Positions 11,888-25,545 of a stretch of DNA of 64,000 bases are shown here, piece by piece. This DNA is from Podarcis tiliguerta (Eukaryota): assembly GCA_965153285.1 (NCBI GenBank), contig OZ229116.1. One strand, 5' to 3'. A program made the position numbers and the translations under genes. The notes under the pieces were generated by a model. The model was given only the letters and a program-made list of their open reading frames with translations. It was not told the origin of the DNA and searched no databases. The stretch's first letter is position 1. Every line of letters begins with the position of its first letter.

Positions 11888-14602
11888 CACTAAGATATAC
11901 CCAACCACATAAGATGAATGTTGGAGATGTAGCAATCATCTTGCAGACTGCTTACATACATTCTGCTCAGTAATTCAGAATTATTACTGATACTCAAAAA
12001 TTCGCCTCAGAAATAACTGGATATTTCTTACCAAATGATTTCTAAATACAGTTATTGAATTATTTGGAGGGTATTGTACCAGAGGCAGATTCTGAAACAA
12101 TAATAAAATTACTGATATATGTAAGGTTAGTTATTGCTAAAGTTTGGAAGAAGAACACAGTACTACCAATTCTAGACAAGTCTGAAATAATTTGGAACAT
12201 TGTTGCATTATTTAAAAAAACCTGTATTATAGGAGAGAGGGAAATGAGCAAATATACAGAGTTATAGAACAATGTCAATTTTTATTATATTTTGAAATAT
12301 AAGTATGAAGATAATATATACCCTTATAATTTATTTGCATCATGGTAGTATATTACTTATGTGTATATTCTTCTTTCTTTATTTTTATATAATTTAGTGG
12401 TAATTGTTTATGTTATATACTTAATTGTACTTATAAGTCTTATACGCTCTTTTAGATACAATAAAATTTAAAAAAAACTTACTACATAAATCAAAAGCAG
12501 AGTCCCTCATTAAAAGTTCTGTAGAGAGAGATACTAATCCACTCTACTCACTCAAAATCCTTTTCAACATCTGCAAGCATATAGCTACTTTTTAATAATC
12601 CTTTTCATTCAGTACTGGTTCAGTAGAGATTAGCTTGCCTGCAAGAAAGTCAGTCTGCTTACAGTGTGTGCAACTTCCTATCACAGTAGCCCTTTTTGGA
12701 TGATTAGGCTGATCTTTCATTGCTACTTCCATATTTTTGGCAATTTATTAAAGGATTGCTGTTTGCTCCATTATCTGAGATACACTGCCAAGGATTCACC
12801 TAACCAGCCCCATCAGTGGAAGCCCTGTGCAAGGCTTTCCACTTGTATGGTTTCCCTTCCTCCCCCCCCCCCTCCAAAAATTCAATTATGAGAGGTAGCA
12901 GAACTCCCAGAACAGCGAGCCAGTGGGACTAGAGGGCTATTGATTCATTTGGTAAGCTGGAATGCTTGTGAGAACGATTGGAAGAGTGCAACATTGAATT
13001 CCACCCACTATATTTTGTTATTCCTGCCTATCTGTACAGATTAATAATGATATCCAACTAAGTCTTGCTCAGAAGAAACCCATTGAAATATCTTGTTAGT
13101 TGTGATTTTGATGGATCTATTCTGAGAACGATTTAGTTAGATACTGTACTATCCTAAATGTACAGTATTCTTATTTTACATTTTCACTCAATTTTTCTGC
13201 CTATGTTGGCTCCAAATGTGGCTTCCAATTAAAACATACACAAACATACTATTATTCTAAGGATATGTTGTGGGGTGTTTTAGAATAATCTTTGAGACTC
13301 TGGCAGTTGATGACATATCCTGGTTCCAGGCACTTTCTGCAGAGGGAAGGGTCAGAAGGAACTACAAGGCTGGCTGATGGTTAAGCTCCCAAGCTACAGA
13401 AACAGCACATCCAATGATCTGCAGATCTGAAGCATTTACAAGGGGCTGCTGAACTTGTGACTTCAGTGCCTGGTTCTCCTAGCACCACATAGACAACTGG
13501 TTTCTGAACAGCAACATGCTAAAATGGATGCCTAGAAGAAGCCCTATGTTTATTTTCATAAAGCTATCTATGATATCTCAGTTGTAAACTTATTTACTCA
13601 GAAAGAAGGCACACTGATATCAACAATTTGGAAGTGAAGTATCGAACAATTATCTTTGGCAGTAGAAGTGACAGAACACAAAGCAGGCAGAAGGGTGTGG
13701 TGTTTTTTTTAAAAAAAAACCCATTAAATTCACTTAACACAATATAAATTTGCTTTAGAGCATACACAATACGAAATATTTCTTCTATGTCTGTTGAATA
13801 AAATAATGCAAAACACTACAGCAATTGTTCATCAATGCTAATCTCAGGCTAGTTGCATTGCCATCTAATCTTTACACAAACTGGCATCCCATAATATATA
13901 TATTTATAGTTATTTATAATAAATACATCAGACATGAGTAACTGAAGTTCTGTTTATAGGTTTGCATACATAATTGGCCATCCACAAAGGAGTCCTTTCA
14001 TTTGTGGAAGTGTTATTGACCTAGTGGGTCTGTACTAATGGAAAAAGCGAGGCCATTTTCACTTATATGGCCTCTGCTCTACAGGTCCCTGTGAATTCTA
14101 AGACCCTCCAGAACAGTGTGGAAGGTGGTGCAAATTCCTGTAGGAAAAAGAGTGAATTGGCAAAAATTGCCTCTCCCATTCCATTTGGGAAGGTCTCCAA
14201 TCAGAAGCCTTCCCATTTGCAGAAGGACATTGAATGCAACACTCCCCGCCCCCTCCACCCCCAATCGCAAAAAGAGAGTTCCTCAGCTCATCATTGCACA
14301 GATATTAGGACTGAGTGCCTTTTTTCTTTTTTTCTTTTCCCTGACAATACCCTATAAAGGACCTCCTTTACAGGAAAAGCTACAGTGTGTTATTTCAGGA
14401 TCCAACCACCCCTTTATCAAATAAGAAGAGTAGAACCTGCACACATATTTCCACAATATTCTCAGGGGAGGTGCACCAGAGATCATGAGTATGAATAAAC
14501 TTTGCACCTCTTAAATGTAAAGACAAACACTGCTGTACCTACCTTAAACCGGGAAGTTAACAAGGATAACTTTTAAGAAAGAAATGGAGAGAGATATAAG
14601 GC

Positions 14603-14758
14603 CAGTGCTTTTTTCTGGGGGGACGCAGGGGTACGCAAACCCCTAAAAATTTTGTGAATCTAAGTTTGGCCTCATTGAGGGGCAGTATTTCAATATGAGT
14701 AGGAAAATGAGAGTACCCCTAAACGTTTTTTGGGTTTTTTTAGGGGGAAAAAGCACTG
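14603..14758. mobile_element. Short non-autonomous DNA transposon (MITE)
   Basis: TIRs CAGTGCTTTTT / AAAAAGCACTG; internal repeated ACCCCTAAA; TSD not clean. Confidence 0.65.
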
Positions 14759-15197
14759 AAGGGCCTTTTAAATTGCATGATCTATGTTGCAGCATTCCTT
14801 GACTCTGGAGTTTTGTAACAAACACAGATTTTATTTTACTTACTGGGCTTTGGCCTTGATTGGATGGTTTGTCTCTGGCTTTCTGTGGTATTTTTATTTC
14901 AGAGATTAGCCTTATTCAAATTCTATACTACCCTTCATCCGAAGATCATAGAGCAGTTTACATTATAAAAACATTACATTTTTATGATGTACATTTTAGG
15001 GTTTAACTTTGAAAGAAGCCTTTTAAACTTTCTTAGAAACTTTGAGCAGAATTTTTTTATTTTTTTAACATAAAGCCCCAAAATGTTTGATAGCTCTGCT
15101 TTCCATAATAGCACGTTTCGCTTCAGTGTTTTCACACCAAGAAGGTATAACAAAGAGAGAACAACTGCAAAGATTTTAAAGATTCCATATAACTCAC

Positions 15198-17558
15198 CTC
15201 ATCTGATGAATTTCCATTTCCTGCATCCCCATTCATTGCAAATACAGGAACATTTGGAGTGAAAACCATGAGATCACTTTTGGCACCAGCCTCCCCGCTC
15301 ACACCTGCCAGGATGTGGCTGTGACGATTTGAATAAGACCAGCTGCCCACTTCACTGGCACATACCAGCGTGGCTGTGCCAGGACCATACACCATGGCCT
15401 CCTTGGCCTGGCAACGGCATCGCAGGGAGATGTATACTATGATCACCAGCAGGAACAAGCTGGACACAGAGCAGATGGCAATGATCAGGTAGACGTTGAC
15501 ATTTTCCACCTGGGGCTTTGGGCTCCCTCCCATCCTGACAAGGTGGGCATCAGCCTGAACTGCCTGGGAGCTTGCCACAAGTGACACACTCAGGGTGGCT
15601 GTAGCTGACAGCACTGGCTTGCCATGGTCCTTTACCAACACTAAAATATTCTGGCTGCCACCACTGCCTGCTGCTTCATCCAGGGCACGTGTGGTGCTAA
15701 TCTCACCAGTATAAAGCCCCACCCGCCAGGGGCCATCATTGGCTTCATGCAGCTCATAGCGCAACCATGCATTGTAACCTGAGTCAGCATCCAGGGCATG
15801 GATCTTGCCCACTGCATGTCCAGCTTTTATTGGGAAGACCAACATGATGGGGGACTCTGCTGCCCTAGATACTTCAGGTGCATTGTCATTCTCATCCACC
15901 ACAAAGACCTGAATAGTCACATTGCCACACAGGGAGGGCAGCCCAGCATCCTTGGCCCTCACTTGGAACTCCAGCAGCTTCAGCTCCTCATAGTCCAAGG
16001 GTTGCAAGGCATAGACCTTCCCACTCTCTGAATGAACTGAGATGTAGCTTGTCAGTGGCCAAAGCTTCTCATCAATCCAGTAGCTGATCAGGCTGTTCTC
16101 AGCCACATCTGGGTCTGAAGCAGACACTGTGAAGATGTGAGCACCTGGTGGGTTGTTCTCCTTCACAAAGACCGTGTAAGAGGGCTGAGCAAAAGCAGGT
16201 GCGTTGTCATTCACATCACCAATGGGCACCACCAAGGTGCTGCTAGCTGACAGTGATGGAATCCCTTCATCATGAGCCATCACCACTAGCACATACTCAG
16301 CCATCTGTTCCCGATCCAGTGTTTCTTCCAACATCAGTGAGTAGTAATTCTTGAAGGTGGATACCAACTTGAAGGGAATCCCAGAAGGCCACAAAGAGCA
16401 GCTCACTTGCCCATTGGGTCCAGAGTCTCTGTCTGAGATACTAATCAAGGCCACCATAGTACCTTGTGGCGAGTCCTCAGGCACAGGCACTGACAGGGAC
16501 TTCAGTGAAAGCTGAGGGATGTTGTCATTCATGTCTAGTATCTCTATTACTACTTTACAGTGTCCAGCCAAAGGAGGGTTGCCTTTATCTTCTGCTACAA
16601 CTTGAATTTCCCATAAATTAATGTCTTCATAATCTATTGGTCCTATAACCTTGATGTCACCAGTGCTTTCACTTATTTGGAAGGTATGTTTAACTTTGGG
16701 AGGTACTAGGCTGCTAAAGGAATAAGTAACATCCTTAAAAATACCATCATCCAAGTCTGTGGCATTGAGTGTTATTATGTGTGTTCCATTAACAGGATTC
16801 TCTGGTACTCTGACTTTGTAAACAGATTGGTTGAATAATGGAGCATTATCATTTACATCCAATACATTTATCACAAGCTGGACTGTTCCTGTGAGCTCTG
16901 GCTTACCACCATCTGTGGCTGTCAGTAATAAATGGTGCACAGATATGTCTTCTCTGTCTAATGGTTTCTTTAATTCTAGCCCAGCAGATTTAGTGTGGTC
17001 TTCATTTGTTACTACATTCAGCTTGAAATAATCATTTGGATTGATCTTGTAAGTTAACAGAGCATTGCTGCCAATATCTGCATCAGAAGCACTCTCCAGT
17101 GGGAAGGGAGTATATGGCAGTCTTGATTCTGCAATAATCAATGTTTGCTCTGTGACAGAGAAAATGGGGGCATTGTCATTTATGTCTGCAATCTCCACTT
17201 CCACATGGAAGACTTTCAGGGGTTTATCCACAATCACCTCCAGGTGGATAGAGCACAAAGGGCTCTTAGCACACAGCTCCTCCCTGTCTATCCGGGAATT
17301 AACAAACAAAATCCCATTCTGCAAATTTACCTTGAAATAGTCCTCGTGGCCTTGAGATTCCATCCGGAACAGCCGAGGCACCAGCTCACTCACCTCCAGC
17401 CCCAGATCCTGGGCGATGCGGCCCACAAAGGTGCCATGCTGGGATTCCTCCGGCACAGAATAATGGAGCTGGCCGCTCCCCATCTCCCAGGCTGTGTGGA
17501 GAAGAACCAGCTGCAGCAGCCTCCTCCTCACCCAGAATTCTATCCGCATAATAACCAT
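15198..17558 (-). CDS. PCDHA: Protocadherin-alpha variable exon V2
   Basis: ORF 15132-17558, same architecture as V1; ATG in TCCATGG; donor GAG|GTGAGT after 15198 (2361 nt, phase 0). Confidence 0.95.
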
Positions 17559-17762
17559 GGAGATTTGAAGGATGCTTCCAAGATGTTTGTTTCAAATGCG
17601 GCTGATCCAGGTGGTCTAGGGAACACCAGGGAGTAGCATCACTGATAGAAATCTCTTTGGATCATGTAATCGTATCCAGTTGTCTCCTCTCTTTTGTCTT
17701 CAAATGCCTTTTTAAAGGTAGAGAGCTGTATTTAGAGGTTTCCAATAGGATTGTTTAGGCAA

Positions 17763-17777
17763 TTGCGACCCCGTGTG
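17763..17777 (-). promoter_or_regulatory. V2 promoter CSE / CTCF site
   Basis: CACACGGGGTCGCAA, 205 bp upstream of the ATG. Confidence 0.75.
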
Positions 17778-18259
17778 ACTGACTATGTTCAGTGCAGACA
17801 ATACTGTGTTCCTTCATTTTGTCTGCTGTTTGAATGTCTGGCATGGATTACTGTTACGGGAATAAGTTCATATATTTGTCAAACTTCATGCAAATGGAAG
17901 TCATCAAGGGTCTGCAAGAGTTCATTCTGACTTCATAGAGATTACATAATGTGGATTTTCCTCTTCGTTTTCAATGTTTTATAAAAGTTCTTCAAAATAT
18001 AAATTTCTTAACATAATGAGTTACTAATAGTTTCCCAATGTGGTGGTTCACATACACACAAATTTATCCATTCATTTTCTTAATGATGCATTCTGATTAG
18101 TCAGTCTTTTGAGAGAGGGGGTGAAGTCTTTCCAAGAAATGAGTTGCTTCTGACAAGTGTTTATTTGTGGTTATTATTTCCTTTGATAATGGAGACTGCT
18201 CTCCAAAACCAGTTTACACTAACACTTACATTATATTACAATAGCATTTAAACCACCAA

Positions 18260-18440
18260 TATAGTGTAATAGTTAGTATCTTAACTGTTAGCATGTCCAA
18301 CTAGGACTTATATGATCTGGGTTCAGATCTGTACTCAGTCATGAAGCTCTTACTGTGTTTTTTTCTGAGGATCAAGAATGTGAGAACATGTAAGCCACCC
18401 TGAGCATCTTGGAGGAAAATACATATAATCAATAAATAAA
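18260..18440 (+). mobile_element. Old MIR-like SINE fragment
   Basis: Resembles the SINE at 31090 (B-box-like GGTTCAGATC, CTCAGTCATGAAGCTC); ends in an L2-like TAAGCCACCCTGAG..AATAAATAAA tail. Confidence 0.45.
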
Positions 18441-18924
18441 TGCGCTTCAGGATAAAGTATATGTTCCAAAGTGGTCACCCATGTTATGCCTTCAGTTTTC
18501 AGCACCTCTGCTGGTGTTTGAGAACATAACACCACAGTAAAATTGGGGGGGATTTCATTATTTTTCATTATAGGATTTACATATAGTCCCCTTCCAATAT
18601 AATTTTATGCAGTCATATTTCTATCATATACAAAGAAAATATCACTGATGACATTTTCAGACATTAAAATTATTCTTTTTATATTAGGTCTTTCAGTCAT
18701 CATTGTATATCACTTCATTTTCTTTTATTTAAGAAATTTATAACCCACTTTTCATCATATGTCTCAAAGCAACTATTAGACTACCTTCAAATTTCATCAG
18801 TTAAAGAAAGTGCAGAGCTATAAATGCAGACCCTAAACTTGCCTATGCTGCCATTCTGTGACACACACCAACTGTCATGTATAAAGACACGAGCTGGTCC
18901 ATTGACATGTAGAGTTAACAAATA

Positions 18925-19640
18925 ATTTGTTGGCTCCTGTCTGTCTCAAGAGACAATGGAATGAGATTCCAGGGGTGAAGTCACACCACTGTGTTAGCAG
19001 CACCTAAGTGACCTTCCATGGTGCGCAAACATGGGCAGTGTGTATGGAGGTCCTGGGCTACTCAGAGGACAAGATCCCCATATTCATCTCACTGATGTGG
19101 TCCATAGCAAAGCAGAGCAATACATTCGGCACCAGCTTGGCTGCAGGAGTTGTCAAAAGGAGGCATACAAGGCACCATCCACTCTGGATTTCTGTAGGGT
19201 TTACTCCTTATACTTTTCTTCTCCTGAATATATCCCACAAGAGACAGCAGAGATTTAGGATCAGAGATTCCTTCTTCTAGTTGGGCTACCTTCTCTGGTT
19301 GAAAGACTCATTTGCCCCACACTTCCCTCTGCAGCATGCGCAATAACAGTATTTTTGACCATGGAACCCACTGTTGGTTTCATCTACTCAGTCCACCATA
19401 GCCTGTCTTCACATGCAGGAAAAGTCCCAGACTCACTGAGGGTTTGAGACCCATCAGCTACCTTCAGCCAGTCAGTCAAATCCAATCCTGGGGTGTGGCC
19501 ACTGCTGCATGCTGACAGCTTCTAGGAGCTACAGGTGGGAGGTGAGTGCAGGGTTGCGGCCAAAGGAGAACAGTCTACCCCAGAAGGAGCATGATGTGTC
19601 TCCACCAGAGGTATTACCCTTCACCTAACACCCCCCCACA
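18925..19640. mobile_element. Probable interspersed repeat (RTE-like LINE fragment)
   Basis: GC-richer block with sequence resembling squamate RTE-type repeats from memory; no diagnostic motif verified. Confidence 0.35.
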
Positions 19641-19995
19641 CACACCCCACCAATCACTGGTATGTTAATTATACTTGAAAATGAGCAGCCTACATGAGCT
19701 ACAAGTGCTTTAACCATTGTTTATAATATTGTCTTTAATGCTACAACTTGCCCTGTGACCTTAGCATGAAGGGTAGGTAATAAATTAATAATAGCAATGA
19801 CGGCCACTATATGTCTACTTTATCCAAGAAAGCACTCAAATGTTTGACCATTTTTGCTTATTTTGAGAAATAGCTATAGAGATATAGGAATAGATATGTG
19901 CTATTTTCCAAATATTCTTCTATTTTTGATAATGAAACCTTTGCTTTGAATTCATTTTGTTTCTCAATTCCATTTTATTCCTGAATTGAATCTGA

Positions 19996-20552
19996 ATGTG
20001 AAAAAGATCTAAGGGTCTTAGTAGACCACAAGCTTAACATGGGTCAACACTGTGATGCAGCGGCAAAAAAAATATTAAGAAGGATATTGACAACCTGGAA
20101 TGTGTGCAGAGGAGAATGTGGGCAACCAAGATGATCAAGGCTCTGGAAATCAAGCCTTATGAGGAATGTTTGAGGGAGTTGGGTATGTTTAGCCTGTTAG
20201 GAGACTGAGAGGAGCTATGATAGCCATTTTTTAATGTCTTAAGGCCTGTCACATGGAAGATCAAGCAAGCTTGTTTTCTCCTGCTCTGGAGGGAAGGACC
20301 TGAAATAATGGCTTCTAGTTACAAGAAAGGAGATTATGACTAAAAATTAGGAAGAGCTTTTTGACAGTAATAACTGTTTGACAGTGGAACAGATGCCTTT
20401 GGTAGGTGGTGGACTCTCCTTCCTTAGAGGTTTGCAAGCAGAGGTTGGATGGTCACCTGTTATGTATGATTTAGTTGAGATTCCTGCATCACAGGGGGTT
20501 GGACTAGATGACTGTCAGGGTCCCTTCCAACTCTACAATTCTATGTTTCTAT
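19996..20552 (+). mobile_element. CR1 LINE 3' end
   Basis: EKDL.VLVDHKLNM..C motif; GGGTTGGACTAGATGA..GGTCCCTTCCAACTCTACAATTCTATG terminus. Confidence 0.85.
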
Positions 20553-22429
20553 AAACTATTCTAAGATGTTTTAGTAGCTTTTACTTAATTCTACTGCAGT
20601 ACAAACCAGGCGTTTACAAATCATTAAAATACAAGGAACCATGAATTCTCAGTTTTGTACACTTTTCCAGTATGTTCATACAGACCACACCTTTTGTCTA
20701 AGCAAATAAGTGAACAAAATTGATAAATTTTACTTTCATATTACAGAATCTGGAAGCCCATTGTGGCCAAAGAGTTTGAATGAGGAAAATCCAGAATGAA
20801 TGCAACTCCATCAGTTATAGCCCACACTGACTATTGTTACTGCAATCTTGATTGAAGAACTTGCTTTACCCATCACCTTGAACCACTCAAAATTCTCCAT
20901 TGATGAAAACTCAGCTCTGGGCAGAACATCTGGCCTTGTTGCTTCAATGGTCATCCAAATTTGGGCAGAATAACTTCTCTAGCCATTCCGTTCCCTTCTC
21001 TTTTATCACCCTTCTCTTGCATCGCCTGCATTCTGCTATCCAGCAGCCAGTCATGCTCTGACACTTCTTAGATTACGGACTGTATTAGGAGTCACATACA
21101 GTATTCTAAGCCATTCTGCCTTTTCTCAGATGACAGCTCCATTTTAAGTAGACACAAATCAATCAGATATGTGTCTACAGCTGCTGCCTCCTATCTCCCT
21201 TCCTCTTCCTGCTTTGCTATGTTTCCATGCGGACCAATTGACTGCAACCTGCTGTGGAGTTTCCATAACTGACTCATCAAAATACTTTCTATAATTTCAA
21301 TTTATTAAATTCATTTTCCTATACCCAGCAATTATATTTCATTCCAAGCTAGTGTTTCAGAGTTTTCCCCAGATCAAGATTTCCAAAATTCTCTCAAAAA
21401 GATGACCATTCTACTCTATCAAAGGCTTTCTTAGCACCAAGCGACATCAAAATAGGGATCAACACTCCTTAGTATTGCTTTGAAAGAATATTGGACCAGA
21501 TTCAACTCACTGGCCCATAGAAGGATGTGGAGAAGAGGGGAGATTGATTCCACTTAACAAGCAGAAATGCTTGTATTGACAGAACAATTATTTTAACATA
21601 ATATTGGATTCCTCCCAATAATTCAAATGTTGTCAAATAGGCTACTTTAATAAATTGCATTTGACCAGACTCCATATAAGGATAAAGAAAGCTAGCAAGA
21701 TTATATGTATTTAAGAATAATAAGATCTTACAAACCATATTCGCATATTACCCAGGCACTGACAGGGAGTAGGGTCACACCACTGACCTCATTCCCAACA
21801 TTGTGTACACCCTGGGCCGCACTCATTGGATGTCCACACATTGCACTATCATGGCCCATGACTTAAGAGATCATGCATTGTGCAATAAACAGCATCCCTC
21901 GGTTACAAGTAACTAGAATAACTGAATGAATGTTTATGGTTTCTGGAGAAAAAAGTTTCTTCAACCAGATGCTTATATTTAAATAGGTCTGCCCCAACAA
22001 ATCTAGATTAAATTCTAGTTTCCAGGACATTGGCAAGTGCTTCAGCTACGTTGCTCATCTTGTCATCACTGAACTTACTGGATACATTTGAAGTAAAAGG
22101 GGCTGAGTCTCCCCCCCGGAAACCACAATTCACAAAAGGCAAAGAATAACTATACTTGGATGGGATTACAAACTCATTCCTAGAAAAACAGTAAGTACTA
22201 ACAAAATACACAAGTTAAAATTACAGGTATTTAATTCTTCACTGACCAAATTCTCCAAATGCAGAATATGTTTAAAACAAAGAATATATACCAAAAAAAA
22301 TATAGGTTAAGTATTTCTAGCAAGCCAGATTTATTTACTTTTAATTATCTCAAAAGATAAACCAGTGCTTTGGTCATGGAACAAATTAAGTTAGCCATAA
22401 ACATTTTTGCAACACATATCACCGTCTCT

Positions 22430-22835
22430 CATATAAGCCTGCCTGAGCATTAAGATCTTCAATCAGAGGCCCTCCTTTAACAACAGTTCTGAACTGCCTT
22501 CTAAACTGAGGCAGGCCAAGAAAGGGCCTTTTCTGTTGTGGTACCATTCCTCTGGAACACCCTCTTCAGGAAATTTGTTTAGCACTGAATCCTATATCTC
22601 TTCAATGCCATGCAAAGATCTTTTTAATTTTTTGTCTATGCCTTCCAGCATGCTACAAAGCTGGTTTTAATCTGCTGGCTTTAATTGTTTTTCAGTATGC
22701 TATTTTGTGTGGGTTGCTGATAGTTTTATTATTTTGTTATGGTTGTTTTAGCTTTTTACAACAGCTATAAGCTACCTCAGGGAGTTTTAAAATCTAATCA
22801 TAACATGGAAATGTTTTAAATATAATAAAATAAAA
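22430..22835 (+). mobile_element. L2-like LINE 3' fragment
   Basis: AGGGCCTTTTCTGTTGTGG..CTCTGGAAC (RAFSVV..LWN) motif and AT-rich tail. Confidence 0.55.
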
Positions 22836-22972
22836 TACCAGAGACACTGACGCTTCAAACTCTTAGCCTCACTATCACAATAGCAATCACGCTCAGTAGT
22901 GTGAGGCTGATTTAATGGCTACAATTACGTATGATAAAAGTTCCCCAATGTTCCTCTGAATGTATTACTCAC

Positions 22973-25342
22973 CTGCGCTGATGAATCACCAAGTATTTGT
23001 TCCTGTTTCTCACTGCCTTGCAGAGGAGGAATGTTGGGGCTGAAAACCATGAGGTCACTTTTGATGCCAGCTTCACCACTCACACCCGCCAGGATATGGC
23101 TATGACGATTTGAATATGACCAGCTACCCACTTCACTGGCACATACGAGGGTGGCTGTGCCAGGGCCATATATCATAGCCTCCTTTGCTTGGGACTGGCA
23201 TCGCAGGACAATGTATATTATGATTGCAAGCAGAAACAAGCTGGACACCGAGCAGATGGCAATGATTAGGTAGATGTTGGCACTGCCTGCAAGAGGCTTT
23301 GGGTTCCCTCCTGTTCTTGGAAGGTGAACATCAGTACGGGTGAGCTGGGTGCTTGCCACCAGTGTCACACTTAATGTAGCAGTGGCTGACAACATTGGAT
23401 TCCCATGGTCCTTCACCAAGACCAGCAGATTCTGGCTGCTACCACTAACTTCTCCTTCATCAAGGACACGTGTAGTGCTGATCTCTCCACTGTACTGCCC
23501 AACTCGCCAAGGACCACTTGTCCCCTCATGCATTTCATACCGTAGCCATGCATTGTAGCCTGAGTCAGCATCCAGGGCTTGTATTTTCCCCACTATATGC
23601 CCAGCCATCACAGGGATCACTAGCAGAACTGGGTTTTCTTCTGCCATTCCAGACACTGCAGGTGCGTTGTCATTCTCATCGACCACAAAAACCTGAATAG
23701 TCACATTTCCACATAAGGAGGGCAGCCCAGCATCCTTGGCCCTCACTTGGAACTCCAGCAGCTTCACCTCCTCATAATCCAAGGGCTGCAATGCATAGAC
23801 CTTCCCGCTCTCTGAGTGCACCGAGATGTAGCTTGTCAGGGGCCAGAGCTTCTCATCGATCCAGTAGCTGACCAGAGCATTCTCAGCCACATCTGGATCT
23901 GAGGCAGACACAGTGAAGATGTGAGCACCAGGTGGGTTGTTCTCCTTCACAAAGACTGTGTAAGATGGCTGTGCAAAAGCGGGTGCATTGTCATTCACAT
24001 CACCAATGGGCACCACCAGGCTGCTGGTGGCTGACAGGGATGGAGTCCCTTGGTCTTGAGCTGTTACAAGCAGCTTGTATTCAGCCACTTGCTCCCGATC
24101 CAGAGGCTCAGACACTACCAGAGAGTAGTAATTCTTGAAGGTGGACACCAACTTGAAGGGAAGTTCTGGGGGGTGCAGGAAGCAGCTTATTTGTCCATTG
24201 GCCCCAGAATCCTGATCTGAGACACTGATCAGGGCCACCACCATTCCAGGCAGGGAATCCTCTGGCACTGGCACCAGGAGAGATTTTAATGACATCTCAG
24301 GGGCATTGTCATTGACATCTAGCACTTCAACCACAACACTGCAATATCCCGTCATTGGATTGCTCCCTTTGTCGCTAGCTTGTACCTGAATCTCATATTG
24401 GTGATTTTCCTCAAAGTCTAATTTTTCTTTTGTTCTTATTTCCCCATTAACAGAATCTAAGGCAAATATGTTTTTTAATTTAACAGGCACATGATTCTGA
24501 AATGAGTATGTAATCTCCTTATTGATTCCCTCATCCGTATCTGTGGCATTCAATTTGACCACTAATGTCCCACTTAGAACATCCTCTGCCATTTGGACTT
24601 TATAAACTGACTGATTAAAGGCAGGTGCATTGTCATTTTCATCAAGAACAGAAATCACCAGCTGTGCCGTGCCACTGAGCTCTGGCTTCCCCCCGTCGAT
24701 GGCTGTGAGCAGCAAACGATGCTTAGCTCTCACCTCTCTGTCTAGAGAGGTTTTTAAAAGGAGTGCTAGTGATGGACTTTCATCGTGTTTCCTCTGAACA
24801 TCTAGACTAAAGTATTCACTGGGGCTGAGTGTATAGGTGAGGTGAGAATTTGAACCAATATCTGCATCAGAGGCTCCCACCAGAGGGAAAAATGATCCAG
24901 GCATTCTCAGTTCTGAAATAAAGACATCTTGTTCTATTTGAGGAAATGTAGGAGCATTATCATTTATGTCCTTGATCTCCACCTCAATATGAAAGACCCT
25001 CAGAGGCTTATCCACAATCACCTCCAGGTGAATGGCACACAAAGGGCTTTTGCCACACAGCTCCTCCCTGTCTATTCGAGAGTTAACAAACAAAATCCCA
25101 TTCTGAACATTTACCTCTAAATAGTCCCCTTGGCTTTGAGACTCCATCCGGAACATCCGAGGCACCAGCTCCTCCACCTCCAGTCCCAGATCCTGGGCAA
25201 TGCGGCCCACAAAGGTGCCATGCTGGGATTCTTCAGACACTGAATAATGGAGCTGGCCGCTCCCTCTCTCCCAAGCCATGCAGATGAAAAACAGCTGCAG
25301 CAGCTGCCTTCTCATCAAGCTGCATCGGAGCAAAACGACCAT
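22973..25342 (-). CDS. PCDHA: Protocadherin-alpha variable exon V3
   Basis: ORF 22925-25372 (track start is TTG; first ATG 25342, MVVLLRC); donor CAG|GTGAGT after 22973 (2370 nt, phase 0). Confidence 0.95.
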
Positions 25343-25530
25343 AGCAATGGTAGGTCTTATTCTTGTTTTCAAAAATTAAATCCACTCTTTTGTGATGGCA
25401 TTAAAGGCTGGGAATCAGTCAGTTGTTACGCTGTTGCATCCATTCTGTCCTCTGATGGTCTCTGTTCTTTCTGAATTGCTGGGAGGGGCTTTGATCTTTG
25501 TATCAAAAGAGCGTTTTGATTTTCAGTGGA

Positions 25531-25545
25531 TAGCGACATCTTGTG
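25531..25545 (-). promoter_or_regulatory. V3 promoter CSE / CTCF site
   Basis: CACAAGATGTCGCTA (canonical Pcdh CGCT-box), 189 bp upstream of the ATG. Confidence 0.85.

Larger units (their letters stand above)
8180..12478 (+). mobile_element. Degraded L1/Tx1-clade LINE with poly(A) tail
   Basis: Decayed ORF2 motifs: K.P.P.GF (about 9830), SYRSISLLN (about 10005), [12 protein letters not shown] (about 10207), RQGCP (about 10384), G.GVPN (about 11005), CWRC..H knuckle (about 11918); AATAAA plus A-run at 12460-12478. 5' boundary approximate. Confidence 0.75.
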
